64,000 bases of DNA from an uncultured Candidatus Saccharibacteria bacterium (GCA_964448075.1 CAYUUR010000003.1:69610-133609), one strand, 5' to 3'; shown: positions 1 through 9,228, counted from the stretch's first letter. Notes: a model not told the origin generated them from the sequence alone. A program made the numbers and translations.

Positions 1-1479
1 ACACTGGCTACAATATCGTTCCAGAACTACTTCCGATTATACGAAAAACTCTCTGGTATGACCGGTACTGCCCAGACGGAAGCCGAAGAATTCCATCAGA
101 TTTATAAGCTTGATGTCGTTGAGGTCCCGGCCAATCGCCCAATTGTACGTGAAGATTTGCCCGATAGAATTTACAAGACAGAAGATGCTAAATTCAAAGC
201 AATTACTGCCAAGGTACAAGAGCTTCACACCAAAGGCCAACCAGTTCTTATCGGAACATCTTCTATCGAAAAGAATGAATTACTGGGTAAAATGTTGCAC
301 AAAGCCAATATCCCGCACCAAGTGCTTAATGCCAAAAACAACGAAAAAGAAGCTGCCACAGTGGCGCAAGCTGGCCAGAAAGGTGCGGTAACCCTGGCAA
401 CCAACATTGCTGGTCGTGGTACTGACATTGTGCTCGGGAAGGGCGTCAAAGAGCTGGGCGGACTGTTTGTGCTTGGTGCAGAGCGTCACGAATCACGCCG
501 AATCGATAACCAGTTGCGTGGTCGCGCCGGTCGTCAGGGCGACCCTGGTACGACACAGTTCTTTGTCAGTACGCAGGATGACCTGATGCGTATCTTTGGT
601 GGTGAACGTATTGCTTCGATCATGGAACGTCTCAAGGTGCCAGATGACGCACCTATCGAAAACCGTGTTATTTCCAAGAGTCTTGAGGCCGCCCAGAAGA
701 AGGTCGAAGGCCACAACTTTGATCGCCGCAAGAACGTCGTGAAATATGACGACGTCATGAACCGTCATCGTCGGGCAACCTATTCAATGCGTCGTGAGAT
801 ACTGCTCCGCGCTGACATCAAAAAACGCATCACAATCTTTATTAACGAAGAGGCTGATGCATTAGCAACCTCACCACATGCTACAAGTGATATGTTTGAA
901 GAGTTGCTGGTTGAGGTGTTCCCATTTGATGACAAAACGCTTGATAAACTGTTTGACACAGAAGTAAGCAAATTCCCGGAAAAGCTCAAAGAAGCCGCGC
1001 TCAAACTCTACGATAAGCGTGAAAAAGAATTCACACCAGATATGATGCGCAAGATCGAACGCGATGTATATCTGCAGATACTCGACAACTTGTGGATGCA
1101 GCATCTTGAGAGTATGGAACACTTGCGTGAAGGCATTGGCTGGCTGAGTGTAGGACAGAAGGATCCACTGGTTGAATATCGTCGACAAGGGCAGTTACTG
1201 TTTGAGGAAATGCAGAATGTGCTACGCCACGATACAGTACGTACACTTTTCCATGCCGAGATTGTTCATCAACATGATCTTGACGAGCCAACCGAAACAG
1301 AGCTAACGCGTGCAGCACGTAAATCGGTTGCTAATGCGGATAAAATTATCGAGGCAGAAACACTCGAAGCAAGCGACTTTGCTGATGCTGATGTCAAAAA
1401 ATCCGCTCAGAAACAGCAGCAAAAAAAGAAAAAAGCTCGCAAGGCTGAACGTCAGCGCCGCAAGAAAAACCGCAAGTAA
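1..1479 (+). CDS. secA: Preprotein translocase ATPase SecA, C-terminal part (5' end lies outside the window)
   Basis: Frame 1 is open from nt 1 (TLATISFQNYFRLYEKLSGMTGTAQTEAEEF). SecA motor motifs LATNIAGRGTDIVLG and ERHESRRIDNQLRGRAGRQGDPG are present. The tail is Lys/Arg-rich with no Cys-rich zinc finger. Confidence 0.95.
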   Translation, partial: TLATISFQNYFRLYEKLSGMTGTAQTEAEEFHQIYKLDVVEVPANRPIVREDLPDRIYKTEDAKFKAITAKVQELHTKGQPVLIGTSSIEKNELLGKMLHKANIPHQVLNAKNNEKEAATVAQAGQKGAVTLATNIAGRGTDIVLGKGVKELGGLFVLGAERHESRRIDNQLRGRAGRQGDPGTTQFFVSTQDDLMRIFGGERIASIMERLKVPDDAPIENRVISKSLEAAQKKVEGHNFDRRKNVVKYDDVMNRHRRATYSMRREILLRADIKKRITIFINEEADALATSPHATSDMFEELLVEVFPFDDKTLDKLFDTEVSKFPEKLKEAALKLYDKREKEFTPDMMRKIERDVYLQILDNLWMQHLESMEHLREGIGWLSVGQKDPLVEYRRQGQLLFEEMQNVLRHDTVRTLFHAEIVHQHDLDEPTETELTRAARKSVANADKIIEAETLEASDFADADVKKSAQKQQQKKKKARKAERQRRKKNRK

Positions 1480-1509
1480 CCGCCACCTAATTGTCAAAAG
1501 GATCAACGC

Positions 1510-2793
1510 ATGAAGCACAGCGTCACTGAAATAAAACTCAAAAACGGAGCTAAAGGTCTCCTTGTGCATGTGCCAGATGCCACGGTAATGACATTTGACT
1601 TCAACTTTCGGGCAGGGGAGTATCTAGTAGAACGCGAAAAGTGGGAAACGCCACATCTGATGGAACATATTCTGCTCGGCGCTAACGAACTCGTACCAAA
1701 AGCACGTGATTTTCAGGCGGAGTTCGAGAAAAACGGTGCATACTCGAATGCGTCAACCGGCACGTATGACATTAGTTACGAGGCTGAGTGCGCTGATTTT
1801 GAGTGGGATCGTATCCTCGGTTTACTACTGACGGCAATCACTAAGCCGCTCTTCTTGAAAGAAGAATTTGATGCCGAGTTTGGTAATGTTCGTGAAGAAC
1901 TCAACGCTCGCAGCAACAATCACTTTCGCCATTTGAGCTTAGCGCTTCGTGAAGCATATGGTTTCAAGTCTTTGACTGACCAGACACGTCTGAAACTCAT
2001 GGATAACGTCACTCTTGCAGATGTTCAGGCGCACTATAAAAATACGCATACAAGTAGCAATCTGCGCTTTGTGATTGCTGGCAACATATCTCCTGACCGC
2101 AAAAAAGTCATCAAAAGCATACTCGGTTCGCTTGAACTGGCTGAAGGAAATGGGCGATTGCCGCTACCTGATGAAGTGCCACACAAGCTCGATAAGGCAT
2201 TGTATATCCAGAACGAAAGTGTCGAGAATATTTACTTTTACATGGACACCTTTGTACAGCGTCGTTTGTCTGATCCGGAATCAGATGCATTAAACCTGCT
2301 CAATTCAATGCTCACAGAAACGCTTTACTCAAGAATATGGGGAACGGCCCGTGAAAAAGGCCTGGTCTACAGTATGAGCTCAGGACTCTCTCATACCAAT
2401 AACGCCAGTAACTGGTGGTTTGGTGCGCAAGTCATGCCGCGCAATGCTGATGCACTCCTCACAATTATTAAGAAAGAACTCGAGAAAGTATTTGCCGGCA
2501 CGCTCAGCGAGGACGACGTTCAAGCGGCCAAGCAATATGCGATTGGACGCTTCCAGCGCGGCGCTCAGACTGTTGCAGGGGTAGCTAACGGCTACGCGTA
2601 TCGATACTTCTTTGACGAGCACATTGATGACTATTACCAGTTGCCCGTGCGTATCAAAGCCGTAACTCGTCCGCGGATTATCAAGTCGGCGCATACAATG
2701 TTTGAAGACAAAGTCTGGGGAATCGGCTGCCTGACCAATACCGGTGAGCCATTTGTGGAAAATTTACACAAAAAACTCAGCAACCTTTGGTAG
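1510..2793 (+). CDS. M16 (pitrilysin/insulinase) family zinc peptidase
   Basis: 427 aa. The inverted zinc motif HxxEH is present as HLMEH near the N-terminus, and the two-lobed length is typical of the family. Confidence 0.75.
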   Translation: MKHSVTEIKLKNGAKGLLVHVPDATVMTFDFNFRAGEYLVEREKWETPHLMEHILLGANELVPKARDFQAEFEKNGAYSNASTGTYDISYEAECADFEWDRILGLLLTAITKPLFLKEEFDAEFGNVREELNARSNNHFRHLSLALREAYGFKSLTDQTRLKLMDNVTLADVQAHYKNTHTSSNLRFVIAGNISPDRKKVIKSILGSLELAEGNGRLPLPDEVPHKLDKALYIQNESVENIYFYMDTFVQRRLSDPESDALNLLNSMLTETLYSRIWGTAREKGLVYSMSSGLSHTNNASNWWFGAQVMPRNADALLTIIKKELEKVFAGTLSEDDVQAAKQYAIGRFQRGAQTVAGVANGYAYRYFFDEHIDDYYQLPVRIKAVTRPRIIKSAHTMFEDKVWGIGCLTNTGEPFVENLHKKLSNLW

Positions 2794-2872
2794 CCGCACA
2801 AAACCGCCTATCATTGATTAAGCTTATGGTATAGTAAAAACATCGTAAGTTAATTGAAAAAGGATTATACGC

Positions 2873-3169
2873 ATGCCTCCACAAGAACCAGCAACAATGC
2901 CACCGCAGCCAACACCACCGGCTCCAACGCCAGAAGTTCCCGGTGTGCCGGCGCCTGATGCACCAGCGCCAGACGTTACTGCGCCAAGTGCGCCCCAGCC
3001 AATGCCAATAAACGATTCGGGAATGGCTCAGCCGCCAGTCGACAACCCAATGGCTGCGGCACTGCCATCGGAACCAGCAAAAAAAGGTAGCAAAGGCGTC
3101 ATGATCGCGGCAATTGCCGGTGCGGTTATTGTCGTCATTATGCTTGCCGTCGCACTTTTGTTTGGATAG
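2873..3169 (+). CDS. Small Pro/Ala/Thr-rich protein with a C-terminal transmembrane anchor
   Basis: 98 aa. It starts MPPQEPATMPPQPTPPAPTPEV and ends in the hydrophobic segment VMIAAIAGAVIVVIMLAVALLF. An extended -10-like box AGCTTATGGTATAGT lies at 2821-2835. Confidence 0.55.
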   Translation: MPPQEPATMPPQPTPPAPTPEVPGVPAPDAPAPDVTAPSAPQPMPINDSGMAQPPVDNPMAAALPSEPAKKGSKGVMIAAIAGAVIVVIMLAVALLFG

Positions 3170-3194
3170 CCAAGAGCTTTCTATTAAGGATTAG

Positions 3195-3215
3195 GCGCAC
3201 CACACAGTGGTGCGC
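3195..3215 (+). terminator. 9-bp GC-rich stem-loop after the small membrane-protein gene (possible terminator, abutting the prfB -10 box)
   Basis: GCGCACCAC-aca-GTGGTGCGC is followed by TATACTTTT. The TATACT could also be the prfB -10, which lies 12 nt before ATG 3233. Confidence 0.4.
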
Positions 3216-3232
3216 TATACTTTTACGCAGAT

Positions 3233-4318
3233 ATGAATGAACTTGAGAAGGCGCTTCAAACGCTTCTAGACCAAATTACGGACGCTATTACACGGCTTGA
3301 TATTGCTGCCAAGGAAGCCCAAATTGCCACTTTAGCCACAAAGGCCTCGCAGCCAGATTTCTGGGATGATTCAGAGGCGGCTCAGCAGGCCATGAAGCAA
3401 CAAGCCAAACTGACGTCGGCCGTTGAGCCATGGAGAGCCTTAGAGGCAAAGGCCAAGGAGGCGCTTGAACTAACACGCCTGAATGATACATCTCTTCTTT
3501 CAGATCTTGAGCAGCAAAAGGATGATATTACACAGTCACTTACTGCGCTCAAGAAAGAATTACAGTTCAGTGCACCCTACGATGACTCTGATGTGATTCT
3601 TAGTATATACGCCGGCGCTGGCGGAACTGATGCTCAGGACTGGGCGTCAATGTTACATCGTATGTACGTTCGGTGGGCGGAGCAACATGATTGTAAGGTT
3701 CAGATGATTGAGCAATCGGCAGGCGAAGAAGCCGGCCTCAAAAGCGTGACATTAGAATTGAGCGGCAGCTATGTGTACGGCAAGCTAAAGGGTGAGCATG
3801 GTGTGCATCGTTTGGTACGTCTCAGCCCGTTTAACTCTGACAGTTTGCGACAAACAAGTTTTGCAAAGGTAGATATACTACCAAAGGTTGACTCGCCAGC
3901 TGACCTCGCGATTGACGAGAAAGACCTGAAGGTTGATGTTTACCGCGCTGGCGGTCATGGCGGGCAGTCTGTTAATACGACCGACTCGGCAGTACGCGTG
4001 ACTCACATTCCAACCGGCATTACCGTCGCTATCCAAAACGAGCGCTCTCAGCTACAGAACAAAGAAACTGCTATGACAATCTTGCGCTCTCGTCTGGCAC
4101 AATTGCAGCTCGAACAACACAAAGAACATCTTGAACAGTTAAAAGGCCCAAACCAGTCAGCCGAATGGGGTAACCAGATCCGTAGTTATGTTCTGCATCC
4201 GTACAAGCAAGTAAAGGATCTACGCACTCGTTATGAATCAAGCGACCCTGATGCAGTTCTTGATGGTGCACTTGACCCGTTTATTGATGCATACCTCGAG
4301 CACAAGTTAGGCGAATAA
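3233..4318 (+). CDS. prfB: Peptide chain release factor 2
   Basis: 361 aa. It has the SPF tripeptide (RLSPFNSDSLRQTSF) and the GGQ motif (YRAGGHGGQSVNTTDSAVRVTHIPTGI). It is one uninterrupted ORF with no in-frame TGA or +1 frameshift site near codon 25. Confidence 0.93.
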   Translation: MNELEKALQTLLDQITDAITRLDIAAKEAQIATLATKASQPDFWDDSEAAQQAMKQQAKLTSAVEPWRALEAKAKEALELTRLNDTSLLSDLEQQKDDITQSLTALKKELQFSAPYDDSDVILSIYAGAGGTDAQDWASMLHRMYVRWAEQHDCKVQMIEQSAGEEAGLKSVTLELSGSYVYGKLKGEHGVHRLVRLSPFNSDSLRQTSFAKVDILPKVDSPADLAIDEKDLKVDVYRAGGHGGQSVNTTDSAVRVTHIPTGITVAIQNERSQLQNKETAMTILRSRLAQLQLEQHKEHLEQLKGPNQSAEWGNQIRSYVLHPYKQVKDLRTRYESSDPDAVLDGALDPFIDAYLEHKLGE

Positions 4319-4350
4319 GCGCCCCATAAAGCTGTGGCATAAGCGGTTCG

Positions 4351-4361
4351 TTTGCTATAAT
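4351..4361 (+). promoter_or_regulatory. Extended -10 promoter of ftsE (TTTGCTATAAT), with the ATG 8 nt downstream
   Basis: TGcTATAAT sits at 4353-4361 and the ftsE ATG at 4370. No Shine-Dalgarno sequence fits in the gap, which suggests a leaderless transcript. Confidence 0.55.
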
Positions 4362-4369
4362 GTTCGTAC

Positions 4370-5059
4370 ATGATTCTATTGGACAGGGTAACAAAGACAT
4401 ATACACGGGGGCTCGCACCAGCCTTAGATCGAGTCAGTTTGCATGTCGAACCAAAAGAGTTTGTCATTGTGGTTGGTTCAAGTGGCGCCGGTAAGTCGAC
4501 CTTACTTAAACTCCTTACGCGTGAAGAAAAGCCCACCAGCGGCAAAATAATTGTTGGCGGCATTGACTACGACAAGCTCAAAGACCGAGACATCCCGCTA
4601 CTGCGTCGTAAGATCGGAACCGTTTTCCAGGACTTTAAACTCTTACCGAATAAAACAGTCGCCGAAAACGTGGCGTTCGCACTTGAAATTGTCGGCATGG
4701 GTAACGGTGAGATCAAGCACACCGTTGCGCGCGTACTGGACATTGTCGGCCTGAAAGGCAAAGAAAAGCGTATGCCGATGGAACTTTCTGGCGGGGAACG
4801 TCAACGTGTGGCGATTGCACGTGCCATTGCACGACAGCCCAAGATCTTGATTGCAGATGAGCCAACGGGTAACCTCGACCCCAAACATGCCTGGGATGTC
4901 GTGACGGTACTCGAGAAGATTAATCAGTATGGCACCACAGTGCTTTTGACGACGCATAATCAGGACATCGTAAACAAACTCAAACGCCGCGTGGTTACCA
5001 TAGAAGACGGCAAAATCGCAAGCGACAGAGCAAGCGGAGGCTACAAAAATGTCATCTAA
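4370..5059 (+). CDS. ftsE: Cell-division ABC transporter ATP-binding protein FtsE
   Basis: 229 aa. Walker A is GSSGAGKST, the ABC signature is LSGGERQR, and Walker B is ILIADEPTGNLD. The gene overlaps the downstream ftsX. Confidence 0.92.
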   Translation: MILLDRVTKTYTRGLAPALDRVSLHVEPKEFVIVVGSSGAGKSTLLKLLTREEKPTSGKIIVGGIDYDKLKDRDIPLLRRKIGTVFQDFKLLPNKTVAENVAFALEIVGMGNGEIKHTVARVLDIVGLKGKEKRMPMELSGGERQRVAIARAIARQPKILIADEPTGNLDPKHAWDVVTVLEKINQYGTTVLLTTHNQDIVNKLKRRVVTIEDGKIASDRASGGYKNVI

Positions 5060-6041
5060 AAAAAACAAGAAAGCACCGCATCATACTGGTCGCTTGCGAC
5101 GTAAGCTGATTGTTTTTGAACGGATTATTAAGACTGGTTGTATTAACTTTGTGCGTAATGCATGGTTAGCAGTCGCCGCTATTGCGGTCATGGTCACGAC
5201 ACTGACTATCGTGCTGTTTTCGGTTATCGCCAATGCCACGTTTAACAATACGATTGAACAACTAACTGACAAGATAGACGTTTCGATATTCTTAAAGGAT
5301 GAAGTAACTGACCAGCAACGCGAAACACTCATTAATGACCTCAACAACCAAGATAACGTCAAATCTGTCGTGTATATCTCTAAGGATCAAGCGCTTGAAG
5401 AGTACAAAAAACAGAATCAAGACAACCTAGATCTGTTGCTGGCGATATCGCAGACCGAGAACCCGTTACCGGCAAGTCTACGTGTTAAGCCAGAGGATCC
5501 CAACCGACTTTCAGAACTACGAACATTCCTTGACAGGGAAGATATCCAGGCATTGCAGTCCGAGGAAACGTCATACTCGGGTGATCGTAAAGAAGCGATC
5601 GATAAAATTACCGCTACGACGGACTTTTTCCAACGTGCTGGGGTAATCAGTGTACTGGTGTTTACGACAATCTCGATGCTCATTATCTTCAACACTATTC
5701 GTATGGCTATATTTAATCGTCGTGACGAACTCAACATTATGCGTTTGTTGGGGGCTAGTACGTGGTATATTCGTGGACCATTCATTGTTGAAACGGTGCT
5801 GTATGGAATTGTGGCTGGCCTCATCTCTGTGCTGATATGCGGGACGCTGTTTACGCTATCCTCTAACACCTTTGAAGCGAGCAGTCTTGGTCTACTAGAT
5901 ATTGGCTTTGCCAACACATTCTTCACGGACAACTACTGGAAGATTTTAGGCATTCAGGTGAGTATTGGTGTCATTATTGGCGCCGCATCCTCATACTCAG
6001 CGACGCGACGCTACCTTAAGTTCAAAGCGCCAAAGAAGTAA
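5049..6041 (+). CDS. ftsX: Cell-division permease-like protein FtsX
   Basis: 330 aa. It has an N-terminal TM segment, an extracellular domain of about 100 aa, then three C-terminal TM segments. It overlaps ftsE by 11 nt. Confidence 0.88.
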   Translation: MSSKKNKKAPHHTGRLRRKLIVFERIIKTGCINFVRNAWLAVAAIAVMVTTLTIVLFSVIANATFNNTIEQLTDKIDVSIFLKDEVTDQQRETLINDLNNQDNVKSVVYISKDQALEEYKKQNQDNLDLLLAISQTENPLPASLRVKPEDPNRLSELRTFLDREDIQALQSEETSYSGDRKEAIDKITATTDFFQRAGVISVLVFTTISMLIIFNTIRMAIFNRRDELNIMRLLGASTWYIRGPFIVETVLYGIVAGLISVLICGTLFTLSSNTFEASSLGLLDIGFANTFFTDNYWKILGIQVSIGVIIGAASSYSATRRYLKFKAPKK

Positions 6042-6145
6042 ACTTATAACCAATACGGAGAACAACTATAGGACTATTTAAGACCTCAAAAATCAATCGC
6101 TACATCTTGAAACCTCGAGATGCGTGTGCTAGAATTAAAGAGCTA

Positions 6146-7315
6146 ATGGTAAAACCAAAAATGCAAAAAATAAAACTCAGCAAAAAATCACTCAGTATTC
6201 TAGTCGTCGCCACTGTTTTGGCAGTGAGCTTTTCTGGAGTTGCACACGTGGCAGCTGACGAGTTTGATGAGAAGATTCGGGCACTAAGCCGTCAAAACAA
6301 CCAAACTGAAGACGCTATTGATAGTCTAGAGGTGCAAGCTGAGAGTCTTGAAAAAACAATCAATAAGTTACAAACACGTATAAACGGCTTGCAGGCGCAA
6401 ATCAATGACAACCGAGCCAAAATGGAGCAGCTCGAAAGTCAGATTGCTGTAGCGCAGAAGAAACTTGATGAACAAAAAGACCTCCTGGGTCAAAACATAC
6501 GACAGATGTACCTCGAGGGTCAGATTACTACTTTAGAGATGTTAGCTTCCAGCAATGACCTGAGCGAGTTTGTTGACCGTCAGCAATACCGTAATTCCGT
6601 AAAGAACCAGATTACAGAGACATTGGATATAATTACGCAACTCAAGCAAGAACTTGCCGCTAAGAAGACCGAAGTTGAGTCACGCCTCAAAGAGCAGCAG
6701 ACACTCCAGACGCAGTTGGCTTCAGAGCGAGCAGAAAACGACCGCTTACTAGGACTGAACGAAGGCGAACAGGCGACGCTTGATAAGCAAATTCGTAAAA
6801 ACAACAAACGCATTGAACAGCTGCGTGCTCAGCAGGTTATAGAAAACCTACGTCTCTTTGGTGGCGGCGCCGGCGGCGGTGTCATCGGCGGTGGTGGTTA
6901 TCCTTGGGGTGGCGCAAAGTGTATGCACACTGGTAGTATTGACGGCTTCTGTCCTAACTATGATTGGGCGGTTGGCGGTTCTGTATGGAACTTTGCAACC
7001 GGTGGGTATGGTTACCGGAACTGTACTGACTGGGTGGCTTACCGTGTCACGGTTCGTGGGGGTCGTGCACCAGGCGGGTTAGGCAACGCTAACACCTGGG
7101 ACGACAGAGCTCCAAGTTATGGCTTCACCGTGAGCAGTACGCCGCGTGCAGGTGCCGCTGCGGTAAGTAACAGTGGCTACTATGGACACGTCATGTACGT
7201 AGAGGCTGTCAACGGTGACGGCACTATTACTATCAGCGACTACAATCGCGCAGGAACTGGCAAGTATGACACTGCCGTTATTAGCCCTGCTGGGCTTCGT
7301 TTCGTGTACTTCTAG
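6146..7315 (+). CDS. Secreted coiled-coil + CHAP-domain peptidoglycan hydrolase (PcsB-like architecture)
   Basis: A signal-like N-terminus (KKSLSILVVATVLAVSFSGVAHVAA) is followed by about 200 aa of heptad-rich Q/E/L/K sequence and a Gly-rich linker. The CHAP catalytic Cys (NCTDWVAYRV) and His (GHVMYVEAV) follow. The start is ambiguous: TTG 6107, ATG 6146 or ATG 6161. Confidence 0.8.
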   Translation: MVKPKMQKIKLSKKSLSILVVATVLAVSFSGVAHVAADEFDEKIRALSRQNNQTEDAIDSLEVQAESLEKTINKLQTRINGLQAQINDNRAKMEQLESQIAVAQKKLDEQKDLLGQNIRQMYLEGQITTLEMLASSNDLSEFVDRQQYRNSVKNQITETLDIITQLKQELAAKKTEVESRLKEQQTLQTQLASERAENDRLLGLNEGEQATLDKQIRKNNKRIEQLRAQQVIENLRLFGGGAGGGVIGGGGYPWGGAKCMHTGSIDGFCPNYDWAVGGSVWNFATGGYGYRNCTDWVAYRVTVRGGRAPGGLGNANTWDDRAPSYGFTVSSTPRAGAAAVSNSGYYGHVMYVEAVNGDGTITISDYNRAGTGKYDTAVISPAGLRFVYF

Positions 7316-7412
7316 TATATGGATAATTTGTACGGTTGTTGAGTGGATGGTATGTCATAATAGACGTGCGTATTACGTTGATATAAAGATGCAAAGATAA
7401 GAGGTTACGGGG

Positions 7413-8624
7413 ATGGATAAACGACTAAAGAGCGGCAAGCGACGACCAAATACTAAACAGGTACTATTGGCTACTTTTGCTGGCGTATTGCTGTTTGGAC
7501 TGGGCTGGGGTTTTGGCACGGGCCGGGTTGGTATAGGTGCGAATGACACGCCGCAGCCTACAAATTCGGAATTGCCAGCAGACCTGACATATCAGGATAT
7601 TGAAACGGTCTACGATACACTCAAAGCCAACTATGATGGTGAACTGACCCTAGAAAAAATCAAGGACGGCCTCAAGAAGGGGCTTGCCGAGGCCTCCGGC
7701 GACCCATACACAGAGTATTTGAGTGCAGAAGAAAGCCAAGAGTTTGATGAGGAATTGGCGGGTTCATTTACGGGTATTGGTGCGGAACTCAGTAAAGAAA
7801 ATGACGTTGTGACGGTTGTAGCGCCAATTGCTGGGTACCCAGCAGAAAAGGCAGGATTGCGCGCCAAAGACGTAATTGTGGAGATCGATGGCAAGAGCAC
7901 TAATGACCTCAGTATCACCGAGGCGGTTAAGCGTATACGCGGGCCAAAAGGTACGGTCGTTAAAATAACAGTTGTACGTGACAAAAGCCAAGAATTGAGC
8001 TTTGACATACAGCGCGACAACATCAACATCCCAAGTGTAGAGTATGAGATTAAGCCAAATAACATTGGCTACATAAAGATATCGCGGTTTGGAGATGATA
8101 CTGCACGTTTGGCTCGCCAGGCTGCAGAAGAGTTCAAACAAAAGAATGTTCGTGGTGTGATTGTTGATGTTCGGAATAACCCTGGTGGCTTGCTCGATTC
8201 GTCTGTTGACGTGGCCGGCTTGTGGCTAAATCAGAAAACCGTTCTTACTGAGCGTCGAGGAGATGTAACAGTCAAGACGTACTCAACGGAGAACGACGCG
8301 CCGCTGAGCGGCATTCCAACTTTAGTGCTTATCAACGAGGGGAGCGCGAGTGCCAGTGAGATCTTGGCCGGTGCACTGAGCGATAATAAAGCCGCAACGC
8401 TTGTCGGTGCAAAATCATTTGGAAAAGGCAGTGTGCAGCGTCTCAATAGTCTACGAGATGGCGGAACGCTTAAGGTGACTATCGCGCGTTGGTATACACC
8501 AAGCGGCAAGAACATCGATAAAGAAGGTATTAAACCCGATAGCGAGGTCAAATTTAGCGCCGAAGATTTTGCTGCAAAAAAAGATCCACAGCTTGACGCC
8601 GCTCTTAAGTCGTTACAGCAATAA
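7413..8624 (+). CDS. ctpA: S41 family C-terminal processing protease with a PDZ domain
   Basis: 403 aa. It has an N-terminal TM anchor, a PDZ-like segment (VVAPIAGYPAEKAGLRAKDVIVEIDG), the catalytic Ser context GSASASEILAGAL and the Lys context FGKGSVQ. Confidence 0.88.
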   Translation: MDKRLKSGKRRPNTKQVLLATFAGVLLFGLGWGFGTGRVGIGANDTPQPTNSELPADLTYQDIETVYDTLKANYDGELTLEKIKDGLKKGLAEASGDPYTEYLSAEESQEFDEELAGSFTGIGAELSKENDVVTVVAPIAGYPAEKAGLRAKDVIVEIDGKSTNDLSITEAVKRIRGPKGTVVKITVVRDKSQELSFDIQRDNINIPSVEYEIKPNNIGYIKISRFGDDTARLARQAAEEFKQKNVRGVIVDVRNNPGGLLDSSVDVAGLWLNQKTVLTERRGDVTVKTYSTENDAPLSGIPTLVLINEGSASASEILAGALSDNKAATLVGAKSFGKGSVQRLNSLRDGGTLKVTIARWYTPSGKNIDKEGIKPDSEVKFSAEDFAAKKDPQLDAALKSLQQ

Positions 8625-8685
8625 CAACCTGTTCTTTTCCAAAGAACCAAACCCCTTGGGCCGTTCCGTCTCCTCGATCAATCTG

Positions 8686-8786
8686 TTGTACAAACCATGC
8701 TTGCTGCGGAACTCACCAATACATTGCCATCAGGCAATGTATTGGCTCAAACAGTCCTCGCACTCAAAGGCGCCTGGTTTGTACAA
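8686..8786. other. Two-tier perfect stem-loop in the non-coding gap
   Basis: The outer 12-bp helix pairs TTGTACAAACCA (8686-8697) with TGGTTTGTACAA (8775-8786). The inner 13-bp hairpin pairs CCAATACATTGCC (8716-8728) with GGCAATGTATTGG (8733-8745) around an ATCA loop. Confidence 0.5.
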
Positions 8787-8854
8787 CATCTTGTCGGGTA
8801 GCCGCAACATGCCCACCCCACGCCCGGACGCGAATAGCAACAACGATATTCTTC

Positions 8855-9228
8855 AGCTATAGGCGTACGGGCGGGGGTCACGCTCTGAAACACCGGTGGC
8901 TGGCAGGATTAAAACGCCGAGTCCAACCAAAAGGCGGTCTGAACTTCGTAACTAAAGAATATAGTGAAGACCACCCTGAAAGGGTGTTCTTTTGGTGCGG
9001 CTTTTTAGTTCTGTCCAGCCAACCGTGTGGCTTCAGCCGCGTGTCTGTTTTTGACATACCTTTTTGTGTCAGCAAAAAGGTATGTGGCTCGCTCGGCAAG
9101 GCCGAGCAGACATATAAGAGCTAGTGGACTTTCTTTGGAAATTGATAAGGGCGGCAGCATTAGCTGGCATGAAGGAGTTGCCGCGATGACAATGCAGTAA
9201 CAAAAACAATTTCCAGTGACATATAGCT
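8855..9228. ncRNA. Candidate structured RNA domain of unknown class (strand unresolved)
   Basis: Terminal helices pair 8855-8861 with 9222-9228 (AGCTATA/TATAGCT) and 8877-8881 with 9216-9220 (GTCAC/GTGAC). Internal perfect hairpins lie at 9054-9085 (13 bp), 9091-9107 (7 bp) and 8972-8986 (6 bp). There is no credible ORF. A near-palindromic extended -10 (TGATAGTATCA, 9231-9241) abuts the domain. Confidence 0.35.

Noticed and set aside
8829-8862. A tmRNA-like tag reading frame, GCG AAT AGC AAC AAC GAT ATT CTT CAG CTA TAG (ANSNNDILQL*)
   Set aside because: No tRNA-like domain is present anywhere in the gap. There is no GGGG 5' end, no GGTTCGA T-loop and no acceptor/CCA 3' end. The tag does not end in the usual hydrophobic Ala-Ala.
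8569-9099. Track ORFs 8569-8862 (+, 97 aa) and 8878-9099 (-, 73 aa) as protein genes
   Set aside because: They run through perfect 12-13-bp hairpins. The first begins inside ctpA. Neither has a ribosome-binding site, a promoter context or a plausible protein-like composition.
8855-9228. RNase P RNA (rnpB) on the minus strand, based on GAAAGTCC (9133-9126) preceded by a P3-like helix, and GACAGAAC (9015-9008)
   Set aside because: I could not form a canonical P4. The candidate 3' strands were GGGTGGTCTT (minus strand 8976-8967) and TGGACT (minus strand 8925-8920); both give the wrong helix order or lack the bulged U. The CR-II and CR-III motifs are missing, and the distance between the two motifs is far too short. 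I kept it only as an unresolved possibility inside the structured-RNA finding.
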